From: Chthoniobacterales bacterium
GTDB lineage: Bacteria; Verrucomicrobiota; Verrucomicrobiia; Chthoniobacterales; Chthoniobacteraceae
Assembly: GCA_038207335.1 (NCBI GenBank)
Contig: JBBQZX010000010.1
Coordinates: forward strand, 1-64,000
DNA length: 64,000 nucleotides
Direction: 5' to 3'
This document shows positions 16,033 through 26,179 of the stretch, piece after piece. Numbering within the stretch: the first letter of the stretch is position 1; each line of letters begins with the position of its first letter. The position numbers were made by a program, and so were the translations under genes. The notes below the pieces were generated by a model that saw nothing but the letters and a program-made list of their open reading frames with translations, was not told the origin of the DNA and searched no databases.

Positions 16033-18210
16033 TCAGGCGACCGCAACCTCGCGCGCCGGGCCGACACCCCCAAGGGCGCGCGCAACTGCATCCGTGAGCT
16101 GATGCGCGAGGTAGGGCTTGGCGAGGTAGTTGCAGTCCGTGCGCGCGGCGATCTGGCGCTCGAAAAGGTCGATGCTGTAGCCGCTGCTGAAGAGGATCTT
16201 ACTCTCAGGCCGGTCCACGTTGAAGCGCTCCGCGACATCGCTGCCGCTGAGCCCGCCCGGCATGACCATATCCGTAAGCAGCAGATCGATCCGCCCCGGG
16301 TATCGCTGCCACATGGCAATGGCTTCCGGGCCGTCGGCCGCCTCGAGCACATGGTAGCCGGCATCCTCGAGTACACACTTCGCGAGCGCGCGCACATCGT
16401 TGTCATCTTCCACGAGGAGGATGACATCGCTATCGACGGGGCGCGAAAAGAGAGTGTGGGGTGCCGCCTCCGGCACCGCGATGCGGTCGGTGACGGGCAG
16501 GTAAATGCGGAAGGTGGTGCCACGCCCGCGCTCGCTCTCGGCATCGATCCAGCCGTCGTGCTGCTGGACGATCCCGAGGCAGGTGGCGAGGCCCATGCCG
16601 GTGCCCTTGCCGACTTCCTTCGTGGTGAAGAAGGGCTCGAAGATGTGGGTGAGCGTCTCGCGGCTCATCCCCTCGCCCGTGTCGCTGACGCTGAGGCGGA
16701 TGAACTCCCCGGCGCGTGCCTCCGCACTGCTGGCGGCGACGTCGGCATCGGTGACGTGCGCCACCTCGGCGCGGACGGTGATGGAGCCGGCGGCAAGCAT
16801 GGCATCGCGCGCATTGACGACGAGATTGACGATGATCTGCTCGAGATTGCACACGTCGGCAAAGACTGGCGGGAGCGCGGGCGGGAGGTGGAAGGTGAGC
16901 TCGATGGCTTCTGGCGTGAGCCGCCGCAGCATGGAGGCGACATTTTCGATGACTCCGCAGAGGGAGACGACCCGCTTCTCCATGATCTGCTTGCGGCTGA
17001 ACGCAAGGAGCTGCCGGGTGAGGGCCGCGGCACGCTCGCCGGCGCCCTGGACTTGCTTGAGCGACCAGAGGGTCTCGGGGTCCATGCCGGCCTTGGCAAT
17101 CTGGAGGCTGGTGTGGCCGGTGACGACGGTGAGGAGGTTGTTGAAGTCGTGAGCGACGCCTGCCGCAAGGTGGCCGATGGCCTCGAGCTTCTGAGACTGG
17201 CGCAGCCGCTCCTCGAGCTCGCGCTGCTCGGAGACATCCTGGAGGACAGCGATGAGGTGCGGCCCGGCGGCAAGTTCGAAACGCTCGATCCACAGCAGAG
17301 CGGCGCGCTCTTGTCCGCCGCTGGAGACAAAGCGGCACTCCTGCGCGGCCACGGGCTCGCCGCGATCAAGACGCGCGACGATTTCGCAACGCGGATCGAC
17401 CTCGATGGCGACGCCAGCGTCCCAGAGGGGACGGCCGACGAGCATGTCGCGCTGGGCGCCGGTGGCTGAGAGAAAGGCGCGGTTCAGCTCTATGCACGTG
17501 TGGTCGTTCATGCGCAGGATGGCGACGGGCATGGGACTGGCCTCGAAGGCCCTGGAGAGGCGCTCCTCGGAGAGCTTCAGGCTGGCTTGGGCGGCCTCAC
17601 GCACGGCCATCTCGCGCAGGAGTTGTGCGTTGGTTTCGTGAAGCGCGCGGGTGCGTTCCTCGACGAGGGAATTGAGATCCTCGACCGTGCGCCGCGCCTG
17701 CTGAGTGACGACCCACTTGGAGGTGAAGGCGTGGGCGAGCTGGAGCACCTCGATGCTGTCGAACGGCTTCTTCAGCACCACGAGCCGGTCGGATTTGCCG
17801 AGCTTGTCGATGATCTCCTGCCAGGAGTAATCCGAGTAGGCCGTGCAAATGACGATCTGGATCAAGGAGTCGATCTCCCAGATGCGCTTGATGGTCTCAA
17901 TGCCATCCCAGCCCGGCGGCATCCGCACATCGACGAAAGCCATGGCGTAAGGGAACCCCGCAGCATTGGCAGTCGCGACCTTATCGAGGCCCTCCCGCCC
18001 CTGGTATGCGGAGTCCAGCTCGAACTCCGAGTGGGAGTCAGCCGTGATCTTTGGCCCGAAGAACTCGGCCATGACGTTGTCGAGCGCATCGCTCGCGGTC
18101 GCTGCACGGCCAAGGACTTTGCGGAAATCGGCGTGGATTTCCGGCTTGTCGTCGATGAGGAGGATGCGGTTGTTGCCGTCCATGCGGGGCGGGAGAATGG
18201 AGTTGCTCAT
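16033..18210 (-). CDS. Hybrid sensor kinase (REC-PAS-HisKA-HATPase-REC)
   Basis: N-term ILLIDD...FVDVRMPPGWDG; GVAHDFNNLL; NLVVNARDAM; FEPFFTTKEVGKGTGMGL; C-term LLVEDD...LLTDMVMPGG. Confidence 0.95.
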   Translation of the reverse strand: MSNSILPPRMDGNNRILLIDDKPEIHADFRKVLGRAATASDALDNVMAEFFGPKITADSHSEFELDSAYQGREGLDKVATANAAGFPYAMAFVDVRMPPGWDGIETIKRIWEIDSLIQIVICTAYSDYSWQEIIDKLGKSDRLVVLKKPFDSIEVLQLAHAFTSKWVVTQQARRTVEDLNSLVEERTRALHETNAQLLREMAVREAAQASLKLSEERLSRAFEASPMPVAILRMNDHTCIELNRAFLSATGAQRDMLVGRPLWDAGVAIEVDPRCEIVARLDRGEPVAAQECRFVSSGGQERAALLWIERFELAAGPHLIAVLQDVSEQRELEERLRQSQKLEAIGHLAAGVAHDFNNLLTVVTGHTSLQIAKAGMDPETLWSLKQVQGAGERAAALTRQLLAFSRKQIMEKRVVSLCGVIENVASMLRRLTPEAIELTFHLPPALPPVFADVCNLEQIIVNLVVNARDAMLAAGSITVRAEVAHVTDADVAASSAEARAGEFIRLSVSDTGEGMSRETLTHIFEPFFTTKEVGKGTGMGLATCLGIVQQHDGWIDAESERGRGTTFRIYLPVTDRIAVPEAAPHTLFSRPVDSDVILLVEDDNDVRALAKCVLEDAGYHVLEAADGPEAIAMWQRYPGRIDLLLTDMVMPGGLSGSDVAERFNVDRPESKILFSSGYSIDLFERQIAARTDCNYLAKPYLAHQLTDAVARALGGVGPAREVAVA

Positions 18211-20222
18211 GCCGCGACGGCCTCCGGCTGCGCATTGAAGACGGGGAGCTCGAGCGTGAACGTGGCCCCGGTGCCGGGGCCGTCGCTGTGGGCGCTCAGC
18301 GAGCCGCCCATGCCGGTGGCGGCGAGCGCGCTGCTGTGCAGGCCGAAGCCGTGGCCAGTCTTCTTCGTTGTGAAGCCATGCGAGAAGATGCGCGTGAGAT
18401 TTTCCGCCGCGATGCCGCTGCCGCTGTCCTGCACCGAGACGCGCACCATGTTTTCGCCGCTGCCTTGGATTTTCACGACGATGCGGCGCTCCACGCGATC
18501 GGTGCCTTCGATGGCCTGTTTGGCGTTGCGCAGGAGGTTCACGAGGATTTGAAGGACGAGGTGCTTATCCACACGCACACGCGGCACGTCGTTGAATGCC
18601 TGCACGACGGTGATCCGGTGACGCGCGAGGGACATGCTGTTGATCTTAATGGCGTCGTCCACGAGCGTCTGGAGGTCGAACGCCTCGACAATCCCCTCGC
18701 CCTTCGCAAACCCCTGCTGCATGGAGACGATCTCCTTGATGTGGCTGATGTTCTTCGTGATGGACTCGACCTCCTCGAGCAAATCGGCGTGCTCCGCCTG
18801 AAGGGCATCCGCAACACGTGAGATGAGCTCGGGGATGTGCGGCCCGCGCGGGTCGCGGGCGACGAAGCCGGCGAAATCAGCGGCCTGAAGCGTGAGCAGA
18901 CCTGCGACTTTCGAGAGCTCGATGGACTTGGAATTGCGCAGCCGCTCTCCGATCACGCTGCCGGAGATGTTCACGCTGTTGAGGACGTTGCCGACATTGT
19001 GCAGCACGCCCGTGGCGACCTCTGCCATGCCCGCGTGGCGAGAGCTATCGACGAGCTTCGCGTTGGCGCGGTCGAGATCCTCGGAGGTGCGCTTTTTCTC
19101 GGTGATGTCATAGAAAACTCCACGCACCCAGACCGGTGCGCCCGAGCTGTCGAGCGTGACGGTGCCGCTCTCGCGAATCCAGACCATGCGCTCGTCCGCG
19201 GCGATCATGCGATATTCAAAGGAATAGGGTACCTTGTCCGCCACCATCTGCTTGAAGTGGTCGCGAGCCCACTGGTCGTCCGGGTGGAGCTTCGCGTCCC
19301 AAAGGTCTTTTTCGGTCATCCACCGCTGCGCCGGGTATCCGAGGATCTCCTCGCAGCGCGAGCTGACAAAAGTGAATTCCGCAGAGGCCGCATCCACTTC
19401 CCATACAATGCCGTCGATGCCGGCAACCAGCATCTCGAGGCGCTCTTTCTCGCGACGCATCCCATCCTGTTCCGCGAGGCGCGAGTGCGATTCGCGTTCC
19501 GAGGATTTGTAAGCGAGCAACCCGCTGCCACAGGCGATGATGAACATGATCGCGGCGAGGATGCCGATCGCGATGAGACGGGTTCTGCGCGCAGTCGAGT
19601 TCCAGACGGCGGGGTTGAAATTGACGATGAGCGCGGCCTCCGCTCCTCCTCTGAAATCGCGAATCGGCGCGGCGGCACTCACGCGATCGGTTGTCCTGAG
19701 AAAAGCAGACTCTCCTGCGAGCGCCTTCTCCACGAGCGGCACGAGGTCTCCCTCGTAAATCGCGCCGATCGGCGCGGGCTTTCCATTGGGGCCGGAGCCC
19801 TGGTTTGCATCGACGATGCGGGCGAACTGGCCGTCCGCCAGCTTTCGGAGCGTGAAGATTTCGCCGACGGGGGGATTCGCGGCCACCCAGCGTTTTATGG
19901 CGGCGGCCATCCGCCAGTAGCGCGGATTGTCGGGGGATGTCTGAGGGGTGATTTCTTGGTGACCCATCGGCCCAATTTCCGCGGAATAGGTTGGGGCATA
20001 TCCCTCGGCCATCTGCTGCATCTGGCGCTCTTCACTCTGCACCGCAGCATCCACAAAGATCCAGCCGCTCCCGAGGACCGCGAGCACAAGTAGCCAGAGG
20101 AGCCCGGGAAGCGCGCCTGCGAGCCGCCCGCGCCAGAGCCAGCGATGGATTCCGCCGAAGAGAAGGAGCGTCCCCGCCGCAAAAAGCAGGTAGTCCACAT
20201 GCCGCAAAACCAGTGGGATCAT
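18207..20222 (-). CDS. Membrane PAS-domain sensor histidine kinase
   Basis: N-terminal TMs, PAS_3 (LHPDD...EYRMI...WIRE), [42 protein letters not shown] coupling to next gene. Confidence 0.95.
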   Translation of the reverse strand: MIPLVLRHVDYLLFAAGTLLLFGGIHRWLWRGRLAGALPGLLWLLVLAVLGSGWIFVDAAVQSEERQMQQMAEGYAPTYSAEIGPMGHQEITPQTSPDNPRYWRMAAAIKRWVAANPPVGEIFTLRKLADGQFARIVDANQGSGPNGKPAPIGAIYEGDLVPLVEKALAGESAFLRTTDRVSAAAPIRDFRGGAEAALIVNFNPAVWNSTARRTRLIAIGILAAIMFIIACGSGLLAYKSSERESHSRLAEQDGMRREKERLEMLVAGIDGIVWEVDAASAEFTFVSSRCEEILGYPAQRWMTEKDLWDAKLHPDDQWARDHFKQMVADKVPYSFEYRMIAADERMVWIRESGTVTLDSSGAPVWVRGVFYDITEKKRTSEDLDRANAKLVDSSRHAGMAEVATGVLHNVGNVLNSVNISGSVIGERLRNSKSIELSKVAGLLTLQAADFAGFVARDPRGPHIPELISRVADALQAEHADLLEEVESITKNISHIKEIVSMQQGFAKGEGIVEAFDLQTLVDDAIKINSMSLARHRITVVQAFNDVPRVRVDKHLVLQILVNLLRNAKQAIEGTDRVERRIVVKIQGSGENMVRVSVQDSGSGIAAENLTRIFSHGFTTKKTGHGFGLHSSALAATGMGGSLSAHSDGPGTGATFTLELPVFNAQPEAVAA

Positions 20223-22327
20223 TAGTGGGAAGGTGAAAGTTCCCGGGTTTTCGGCCGCGATCCCGCTGGCGCAAATGCACGCGCTAGGCGCGCAAAAAGA
20301 GCGGGCTTCTTTTCTTTTGACTGCCTGGCGTTCGCAGCGATCGCCCGGCGTTTCGGACGGCAGCGCGCCAGCTTCGCAACGAGTTGCTTGCGATCCCGCG
20401 TGGCCTGCTCGCGAAGCCGCCGCGTCACTTGCGCACGGAGCCGTTCACGAGCGGCAATGCCTCGCGCCGCAGTCGCGCGCTCGGCTTCCACTCGTGCCAC
20501 CGTTCGCTCAAGCTTGTCCGCGGATTCGATCCCGAGGATGCGCAAATCTTCGCAAGCCATCTCCCGCAGCGCAATCTCCTCCGCGGCGCTTCCCGTGAGC
20601 GCCGCGAGTTGGCGCCGGTATTCCTCCTCGCGCTGGGCAAACCCCTCTGCCTGCACCTCCAGAAACCTTTCGGCATCCGCGCGAGCTTTTCCGAGCGAAA
20701 GCTCCGCCTGCTTCGCGGCTTCCTCGGCTTGGCGATCGGCTTCTGCGCGTACTTCCTCCACCGAGAGTTCCGCCTGCGCCTCCGCCTCCGCAGCTCGGCG
20801 ATCGGCTTCACTACGAGCCTCGCGCTCCCGATCCAGCGCCTGTGCCGCTTCGGTCCGCGCGACTTCTCCTGTCGCCACACAATGTTCCAGCTCTTCGATC
20901 CGAGCCAGCAGCTCATCCCGTTTGCGAGCCAACTCACCCGCTTCCTCTGCGGCCGCAGTCAGGAGCCCGATCTGTTCCATGAGCCCCGCATTCTCAGATT
21001 TGAGAGTTTCGATTTCAGCAGTCGCCGCGAGCAGCTTTCCATTGGCGGCTTCGGCCAGCTCAAAGAGCCCGGCCACCTCCCGATCCTTCCCATCGCACTC
21101 GAGCTGCAGCGTTTCGAAATCCTGCCGTGCGAGGCACAGTTCTTCGAAAAGCCCGCTCATGTGGCTCTTGAAAGCCAGCAATCCGTCGCGCTCCCGCTCG
21201 GATTCGCTAAGTCTGGATAGGCTCCCGTGAATCAGCCGATCCAACTCCGGCATCCGCTTCGCCTGCTCCTCGACATGCTGCCGCGTGCTCGTGCGCACTC
21301 CCGGAAGTTGCGCCTGCAAATCGCGATTTTTCTCCGCTAGTTCGGCGCGCGTACGCTCCAGTTCTGCGAGTGCCTTCGCCCATTCCGCCTCCAGCGCAAC
21401 ACGACCCTGCGAGAGTGCCGCAAGCTGCTCCGTCTGCTCCCGTTTAAAATTTGCGAGCTGCTCTGCCATCTCTTCGCTCACCTGAAGCGCCGCCTGTTTC
21501 TTGCGTGCGTCCTCCATAGGCGCCTCAACAGGTGGCTCCACAGGAGGCTCCACGGCGGGCTTCGGTGCCGTGACTCTAAGCGGAACAAACGGGATCAGGT
21601 CGGGCTTTGCGCCGCTCTTGCGCGTCATCGGGCCCTCCGCGAGCGCGCCGCTCGGCACATCACTTTCCTCCGATGGCGCGATGGGTGTAGGATTTTCGAT
21701 GACCGGTTTCGGCGAATACCACGATGGCTTGACCACACCATTGACAACAGGCCCTGACTTTCCATTTGCCGGGCGCGTATCGGTCTTGGCGGTGGCAGGC
21801 GGTGGCATGGCGCCATTAGAAAGCGCTCGATCCCGGAGCGTCTCGACGAAGGCCGCGTCCGTGGACTTTGAAACCGCGGCCGCCACATGAGGTGCCAGCG
21901 TGCCGATCATCTGCCACGGAAAGCGAATAGATGTATCATCCGACTCACTCAGCGCCTCGCGGAAAATCCCAGGGACGCGCCGATAAACCTCGGCCAGCGG
22001 GATCGTCGTGATTCCGTTCGCGAGGCAGCGGCCGATCTCGGAAGGCTCGAATCGCAGCGAAATGGATTCGTCGATCCCCTCGTCCTTCAGCAATACTTTC
22101 GGGATCCGGTGGAGAAAATGGCGGAGTTCGACCGCAATCGTAGTGTCTCGCTCCGGATTCGCGGAAGCTGGCGCTTGATCATGGGCCGAATTCGTCGGGT
22201 GTTCCGCCGATGCCGCAGGTCCTTCGATCGTCTTGACAATGGGGGTCTCCGGTACGTCGCTGCTTCCCGCAGTCGAGGGTTCGTCCTCCACACACCTTCC
22301 GAGAATTCTGTTCAATAGCTGATACAT
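20222..22327 (-). CDS. Long coiled-coil protein with N-terminal globular domain and Pro-rich linker
   Basis: 701-aa ORF; E/A/L/R heptad-rich from about residue 275; TAATG coupling to the kinase gene. Confidence 0.75.
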   Translation of the reverse strand: MYQLLNRILGRCVEDEPSTAGSSDVPETPIVKTIEGPAASAEHPTNSAHDQAPASANPERDTTIAVELRHFLHRIPKVLLKDEGIDESISLRFEPSEIGRCLANGITTIPLAEVYRRVPGIFREALSESDDTSIRFPWQMIGTLAPHVAAAVSKSTDAAFVETLRDRALSNGAMPPPATAKTDTRPANGKSGPVVNGVVKPSWYSPKPVIENPTPIAPSEESDVPSGALAEGPMTRKSGAKPDLIPFVPLRVTAPKPAVEPPVEPPVEAPMEDARKKQAALQVSEEMAEQLANFKREQTEQLAALSQGRVALEAEWAKALAELERTRAELAEKNRDLQAQLPGVRTSTRQHVEEQAKRMPELDRLIHGSLSRLSESERERDGLLAFKSHMSGLFEELCLARQDFETLQLECDGKDREVAGLFELAEAANGKLLAATAEIETLKSENAGLMEQIGLLTAAAEEAGELARKRDELLARIEELEHCVATGEVARTEAAQALDREREARSEADRRAAEAEAQAELSVEEVRAEADRQAEEAAKQAELSLGKARADAERFLEVQAEGFAQREEEYRRQLAALTGSAAEEIALREMACEDLRILGIESADKLERTVARVEAERATAARGIAARERLRAQVTRRLREQATRDRKQLVAKLARCRPKRRAIAANARQSKEKKPALFARLARAFAPAGSRPKTRELSPSH

Positions 22328-22344
22328 GGCTCAGAAATGAGCTT

Positions 22345-22361
22345 TAGCAGCGTGGATGCCA
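22345..22361 (-). promoter_or_regulatory. Putative sigma54 (-24/-12) promoter TGGCAT-N5-CTGCT
   Basis: Minus strand TGGCATCCACGCTGCTA has exact GG-N10-GC spacing, 17 nt upstream of ATG 22327, with an AT-rich tract further upstream. Confidence 0.6.
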
Positions 22362-22446
22362 GAACCTCGAAAATCGTTTGACAATCGAGTAATAGACGCT
22401 CTTTGAGAGAAACGCGTTGTTTACTCATACATAATAACCCTTATTT

Positions 22447-23172
22447 TCAGACTTCTTCTCGGCCACTAGGCTTCGCGACCTTCTCCCGCTTCGGGCGATA
22501 CCACCAGTCCAGCCGTTCCCGGTCCCGAATCCCTGCGGGGCCTCGCAATGCCAGCCGCGCCAGCATCCCCGCGATCTTCCAGAAGGAGTAGGCGCGCAGA
22601 TTTCGCCCCGAAGTCACCACCGGCTCCCGCAAAATCACGAACCGCCCACGGCGTCGCAGCGCGCGGATGAAGACCAAGTCCTCCGCGGCGAACTGCGCTT
22701 CATCGAAGCCGCCCACCGCCTCGAAGGCCGCCCGCGTGCAGAATAGACAGCATCCGCCGGTGTATCGGCTCACTCGCACCGTCGCCTCCGTCACCGGGGA
22801 CGCGATCTTAAACCACAGCGGCAACCGCCCCTCGAACCGCGCGACGCATCCGCCACCGACAGCCCCCGCCGCGATACTCGCGAGCGCCTCGCGAACGATC
22901 GCGGCATTCACGAGAGTGTCGGCATCCACGAAAAACAACGCCTCGCCGAGCGCCGCCCGCGCGCCGGCGTTGCGAGTCGCCGCGATGTGGCGGTGCTCCA
23001 CGCGCAGCACCCGCGCGCCCGCGGCCCGCGCGATTCCTGCAGTGGCATCAGCCGAGGCATCGTCCACCACGATCACCTCATACGGCAGCCCCGCGGCGGC
23101 AGCCCCCACCGCCGCCACGCTGCGCCCGATCCACGCCTCTTCGTCGTGCGCTGGGAGGATGAAGGAGATCAC
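22447..23172 (-). CDS. GT2 family glycosyltransferase
   Basis: ISFILPAHDEE, VVDDASADAT, RNAGA, FFVDADT, VGGFDE...AEDL, VVTSGR; GTG 23172. Confidence 0.9.
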   Translation of the reverse strand: MISFILPAHDEEAWIGRSVAAVGAAAAGLPYEVIVVDDASADATAGIARAAGARVLRVEHRHIAATRNAGARAALGEALFFVDADTLVNAAIVREALASIAAGAVGGGCVARFEGRLPLWFKIASPVTEATVRVSRYTGGCCLFCTRAAFEAVGGFDEAQFAAEDLVFIRALRRRGRFVILREPVVTSGRNLRAYSFWKIAGMLARLALRGPAGIRDRERLDWWYRPKREKVAKPSGREEV

Positions 23173-23266
23173 TTTTAAAATGTAATGCCGCTCGCCTTTC
23201 AAAGAAAAGCCCGGGCCGGAAGCTCAATTGCAAAAACGTTCCGCACGGTCCACCCTCCCCTCCCCA

Positions 23267-26176
23267 ATGAAGGTCCCCCGCCTCGCCGCCCTCTTCCTCG
23301 CCGCGCTCCTCCCCGCAGCCAGCGCCGACACCGCCCGCGTGCTCGTCACTTTCCACGACGCCCTCCCCGCCCACGACGCGTGGCCCGCCACCGAAACCGA
23401 CATCCCGCCCCCCGCCATCCGCTGGCTCGCCACCGACTTCACCTTCCCCCGCCTCGCGCAGCGCTACGACACCTTTGGCATCCGCGACTCTTGGGCCACC
23501 CCCATGATGCTCCGGGCCGCCGCCGAAGTCCGAATTGCGCCCGGCCCCACGCGCTTCCTCATCCGCGCCCGCGGGCTGAGTCGGCTCTCGGTAAATGGCG
23601 AAGTCATCGCCTCCACCAAAGCCCTCAAAGGCTCCTCCGACGGCCACAACCCCGTCCCGCCGCTCCCGCAGCCGCCCATCGCCGGAATGCGCCCCGTCGC
23701 CTACGGCATGCAGGAGGCCTTTGGCACCGCCACAGTCGGTGAAGATGGCCGCTGCACCGTCCTCTTCGAGGCCATGATCGGCGGGAAAAAGTTCCGCGCC
23801 GCCGACGGCGAAATGTGCGTCGCCGTCCAAGCCACGGGCGACGCTACCTTCACCCTCCTCCACCCCGAAGGCCCCGCCACTCCCCTCACCGATGTCGGCT
23901 GGACTACCGCCGCAGCCCGCGCCGAAGCATCGCTCGCCGCCCTCGACGACACCAACCGCCACACCGCCGCCGCCACGCAAGACACATTTTGGGAGAAGCG
24001 CCACGACGCCGCCCGTGACTGGGCCAAAGCGCACACCCCACCCGCAGCGCCGCTCAACTCCATCGACGCCTTCCTCTCCGACAAAATCGCGCGCGCAGTC
24101 GCCGCCGCCGCCGGTGGCATGGATGCCGAGGGCGAGAGCTTTCACAAAAATGTGCTCCCCGTGCTGAGCGACACCTGCTTCCGCTGCCACGGCGAGAAAT
24201 CGAAAGGCGACCTGCGCCTCAACACCCGCCCCGCAGCGCTCAAGGCCGGCACATCCGGCAACGCGGCGATCGTGCCCGGAGAACCCGCCTCGAGCGAGCT
24301 CATCGCGCGCATCTCCTCACACGATCCCGACGAGCGAATGCCGCCAAAAGGCGACGCCCTCGCCCCCGCCCAGATCGCTGCAATCCAATCGTGGATCAAG
24401 GTCGGCGCGCCTTGGCCCGCCGAGCCCGTCCCCGCCGATGAAGTCGCCATCCCGCCGCTCATCGGCGACGCCGCGTTCCTCCGCCGCGCCGCGCTCGACC
24501 TCATCGGCGTCCCTCCCAGCGAAGCCGAAGCGCGCGCTTTTCTCACCGACACGACCACCGACAAACGCGCACGCTTCATCGACACGCTCCTCGCCGACCC
24601 ACGCTTCGCCGACCACTGGGTCAGCTACTGGCAGGACGTGCTCGCGGAGAATCCGAGCATGTTGAAACCGAGCCTGAATAACTCCGGCCCGTTCCGCTGG
24701 TTCCTCTACGATGCCCTCCGCGACGCCAAGCCGCTCGACCGCATGGCTACCGAACTCATCCTGCTGCGCGGCAGCAAAACCGAGGGCGGCAGCGCGGGCT
24801 TCGGCGTCGCCGCGGACAACGACGCGCCCTTCGCTGCAAAGGGCCAAATCCTCGGCAGCGCCTTCCTCGGCCTCGAGCTCCAGTGCGCCCGCTGCCACGA
24901 CGCGCCCTTCCACGAGTCGAAGCAGCGCGACCTCTACTCCCTTGCCGCCATGCTCGAGCGCAAGCCCGTGACCGTGCCGAAATCGAGCACCGTCCCCGCC
25001 GCGTTCTTCGAGAAAAAAGCGCGCGAATCCGTCATCAAAGTCACACTCAAGCCGGGCGAGGAGATCGCGCCGAAGTGGCCATTTTCCAAAGCCTGCGGGC
25101 TCGCCGACAGCGCCGCGATCGACTCGCTCATGCGCGATCCGCACGACACGCGCGAGCGCCTCGCCGCTCTCATCACCGCGCCGCAAAACGAGCGGTTCGC
25201 GCAGGTGATCGTGAACCGCGTGTGGAAGCGGCTCATCGGCGCGGGCTTCGTCGAACCGGCGCACGATTGGGAAGGCCACGCCGCGAGCCATCCCGAGCTG
25301 CTCGCGTGGCTGGCGCGCGATTTCGTCGCGCACGACTACGACCTCCGGCACGTCGTCCGGCTCGTGATGACCTCCCAAATTTACCAGCGCGAAGCCACCG
25401 CGCAGAACCGCAAAGCCGCACCCGAACGCCGCTGGTTCACCGCGCCCGACCGTCGCCGCCTGACCGCCGAGGAGGTCGTCGATTCGCTCTACACCGCCGC
25501 CGGGAAAAAGCTCGAAGTCGAGGAGCTGACCTTCGACCCCGACGGTCGCCAAGCCGCCGGCACGATGATCTCGCTCGGCGCGCCGACACGCGCGTGGCAA
25601 TTGGCCAGCCTCTCGAACGAACGCGACCGACCGAGCCTCTCGCTCCCGCGTGCGCAAGCCGTGTCCGATGTCCTCAACGCATTCGGCTGGCTCGGCTCGC
25701 GGCAAAATCCGCTCACCGACCGCGAGACCGACCCGAACGTCCTCCAGCCCGGCGTCCTCGCGAACAGCATGATGAGCACATGGATCACGCGCGCCTCCGC
25801 CGACAGCGGACTCGCCGCACTCGCGCTCGATGCCAAATCCCCCGAGACGCTCGTGAATGCTGTATTCATGCGCTTCCTCACGCGACCGCCCACCGATTCC
25901 GAGCGCGCCGATTTTTCAAAAGCACTCGCCCCCGGTTTCTCCGAGCGCGTGCTCCCGGCCGACGCCGTCCCCGACCTCACGCCGCTCCCGCGCATTTCAA
26001 AAGTCTCCTGGAGCACGCACCTCATGCCCGAGGCGACGACCATCAAAATGGAAATGGAACGCCGCGCCCGAGCCGGCGACCCACCTGACCCGCGCCTCGC
26101 CCCCGACTGGCGCGAACGCTACGAAGATTTCGTCTGGGCCATCATCAACGTCCCCGAATTCGTCTGGATTCCCTGA
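23267..26176 (+). CDS. Secreted DUF1549/DUF1553 protein with planctomycete-type cytochrome c domain
   Basis: Signal peptide; CFRCH...MPP; FLRRAALDLIG.PP; LQCARCHD.P; VNRVWKRLIG.G.VEP; HPELL.WLA; RRLTAEE. Confidence 0.9.
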   Translation: MKVPRLAALFLAALLPAASADTARVLVTFHDALPAHDAWPATETDIPPPAIRWLATDFTFPRLAQRYDTFGIRDSWATPMMLRAAAEVRIAPGPTRFLIRARGLSRLSVNGEVIASTKALKGSSDGHNPVPPLPQPPIAGMRPVAYGMQEAFGTATVGEDGRCTVLFEAMIGGKKFRAADGEMCVAVQATGDATFTLLHPEGPATPLTDVGWTTAAARAEASLAALDDTNRHTAAATQDTFWEKRHDAARDWAKAHTPPAAPLNSIDAFLSDKIARAVAAAAGGMDAEGESFHKNVLPVLSDTCFRCHGEKSKGDLRLNTRPAALKAGTSGNAAIVPGEPASSELIARISSHDPDERMPPKGDALAPAQIAAIQSWIKVGAPWPAEPVPADEVAIPPLIGDAAFLRRAALDLIGVPPSEAEARAFLTDTTTDKRARFIDTLLADPRFADHWVSYWQDVLAENPSMLKPSLNNSGPFRWFLYDALRDAKPLDRMATELILLRGSKTEGGSAGFGVAADNDAPFAAKGQILGSAFLGLELQCARCHDAPFHESKQRDLYSLAAMLERKPVTVPKSSTVPAAFFEKKARESVIKVTLKPGEEIAPKWPFSKACGLADSAAIDSLMRDPHDTRERLAALITAPQNERFAQVIVNRVWKRLIGAGFVEPAHDWEGHAASHPELLAWLARDFVAHDYDLRHVVRLVMTSQIYQREATAQNRKAAPERRWFTAPDRRRLTAEEVVDSLYTAAGKKLEVEELTFDPDGRQAAGTMISLGAPTRAWQLASLSNERDRPSLSLPRAQAVSDVLNAFGWLGSRQNPLTDRETDPNVLQPGVLANSMMSTWITRASADSGLAALALDAKSPETLVNAVFMRFLTRPPTDSERADFSKALAPGFSERVLPADAVPDLTPLPRISKVSWSTHLMPEATTIKMEMERRARAGDPPDPRLAPDWRERYEDFVWAIINVPEFVWIP

Positions 26177-26179
26177 ACC

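Noticed and set aside
18565..18573. DnaA box TTATCCACA / oriC
   Set aside because: Single copy inside a kinase coding sequence; no cluster or AT-rich unwinding element.
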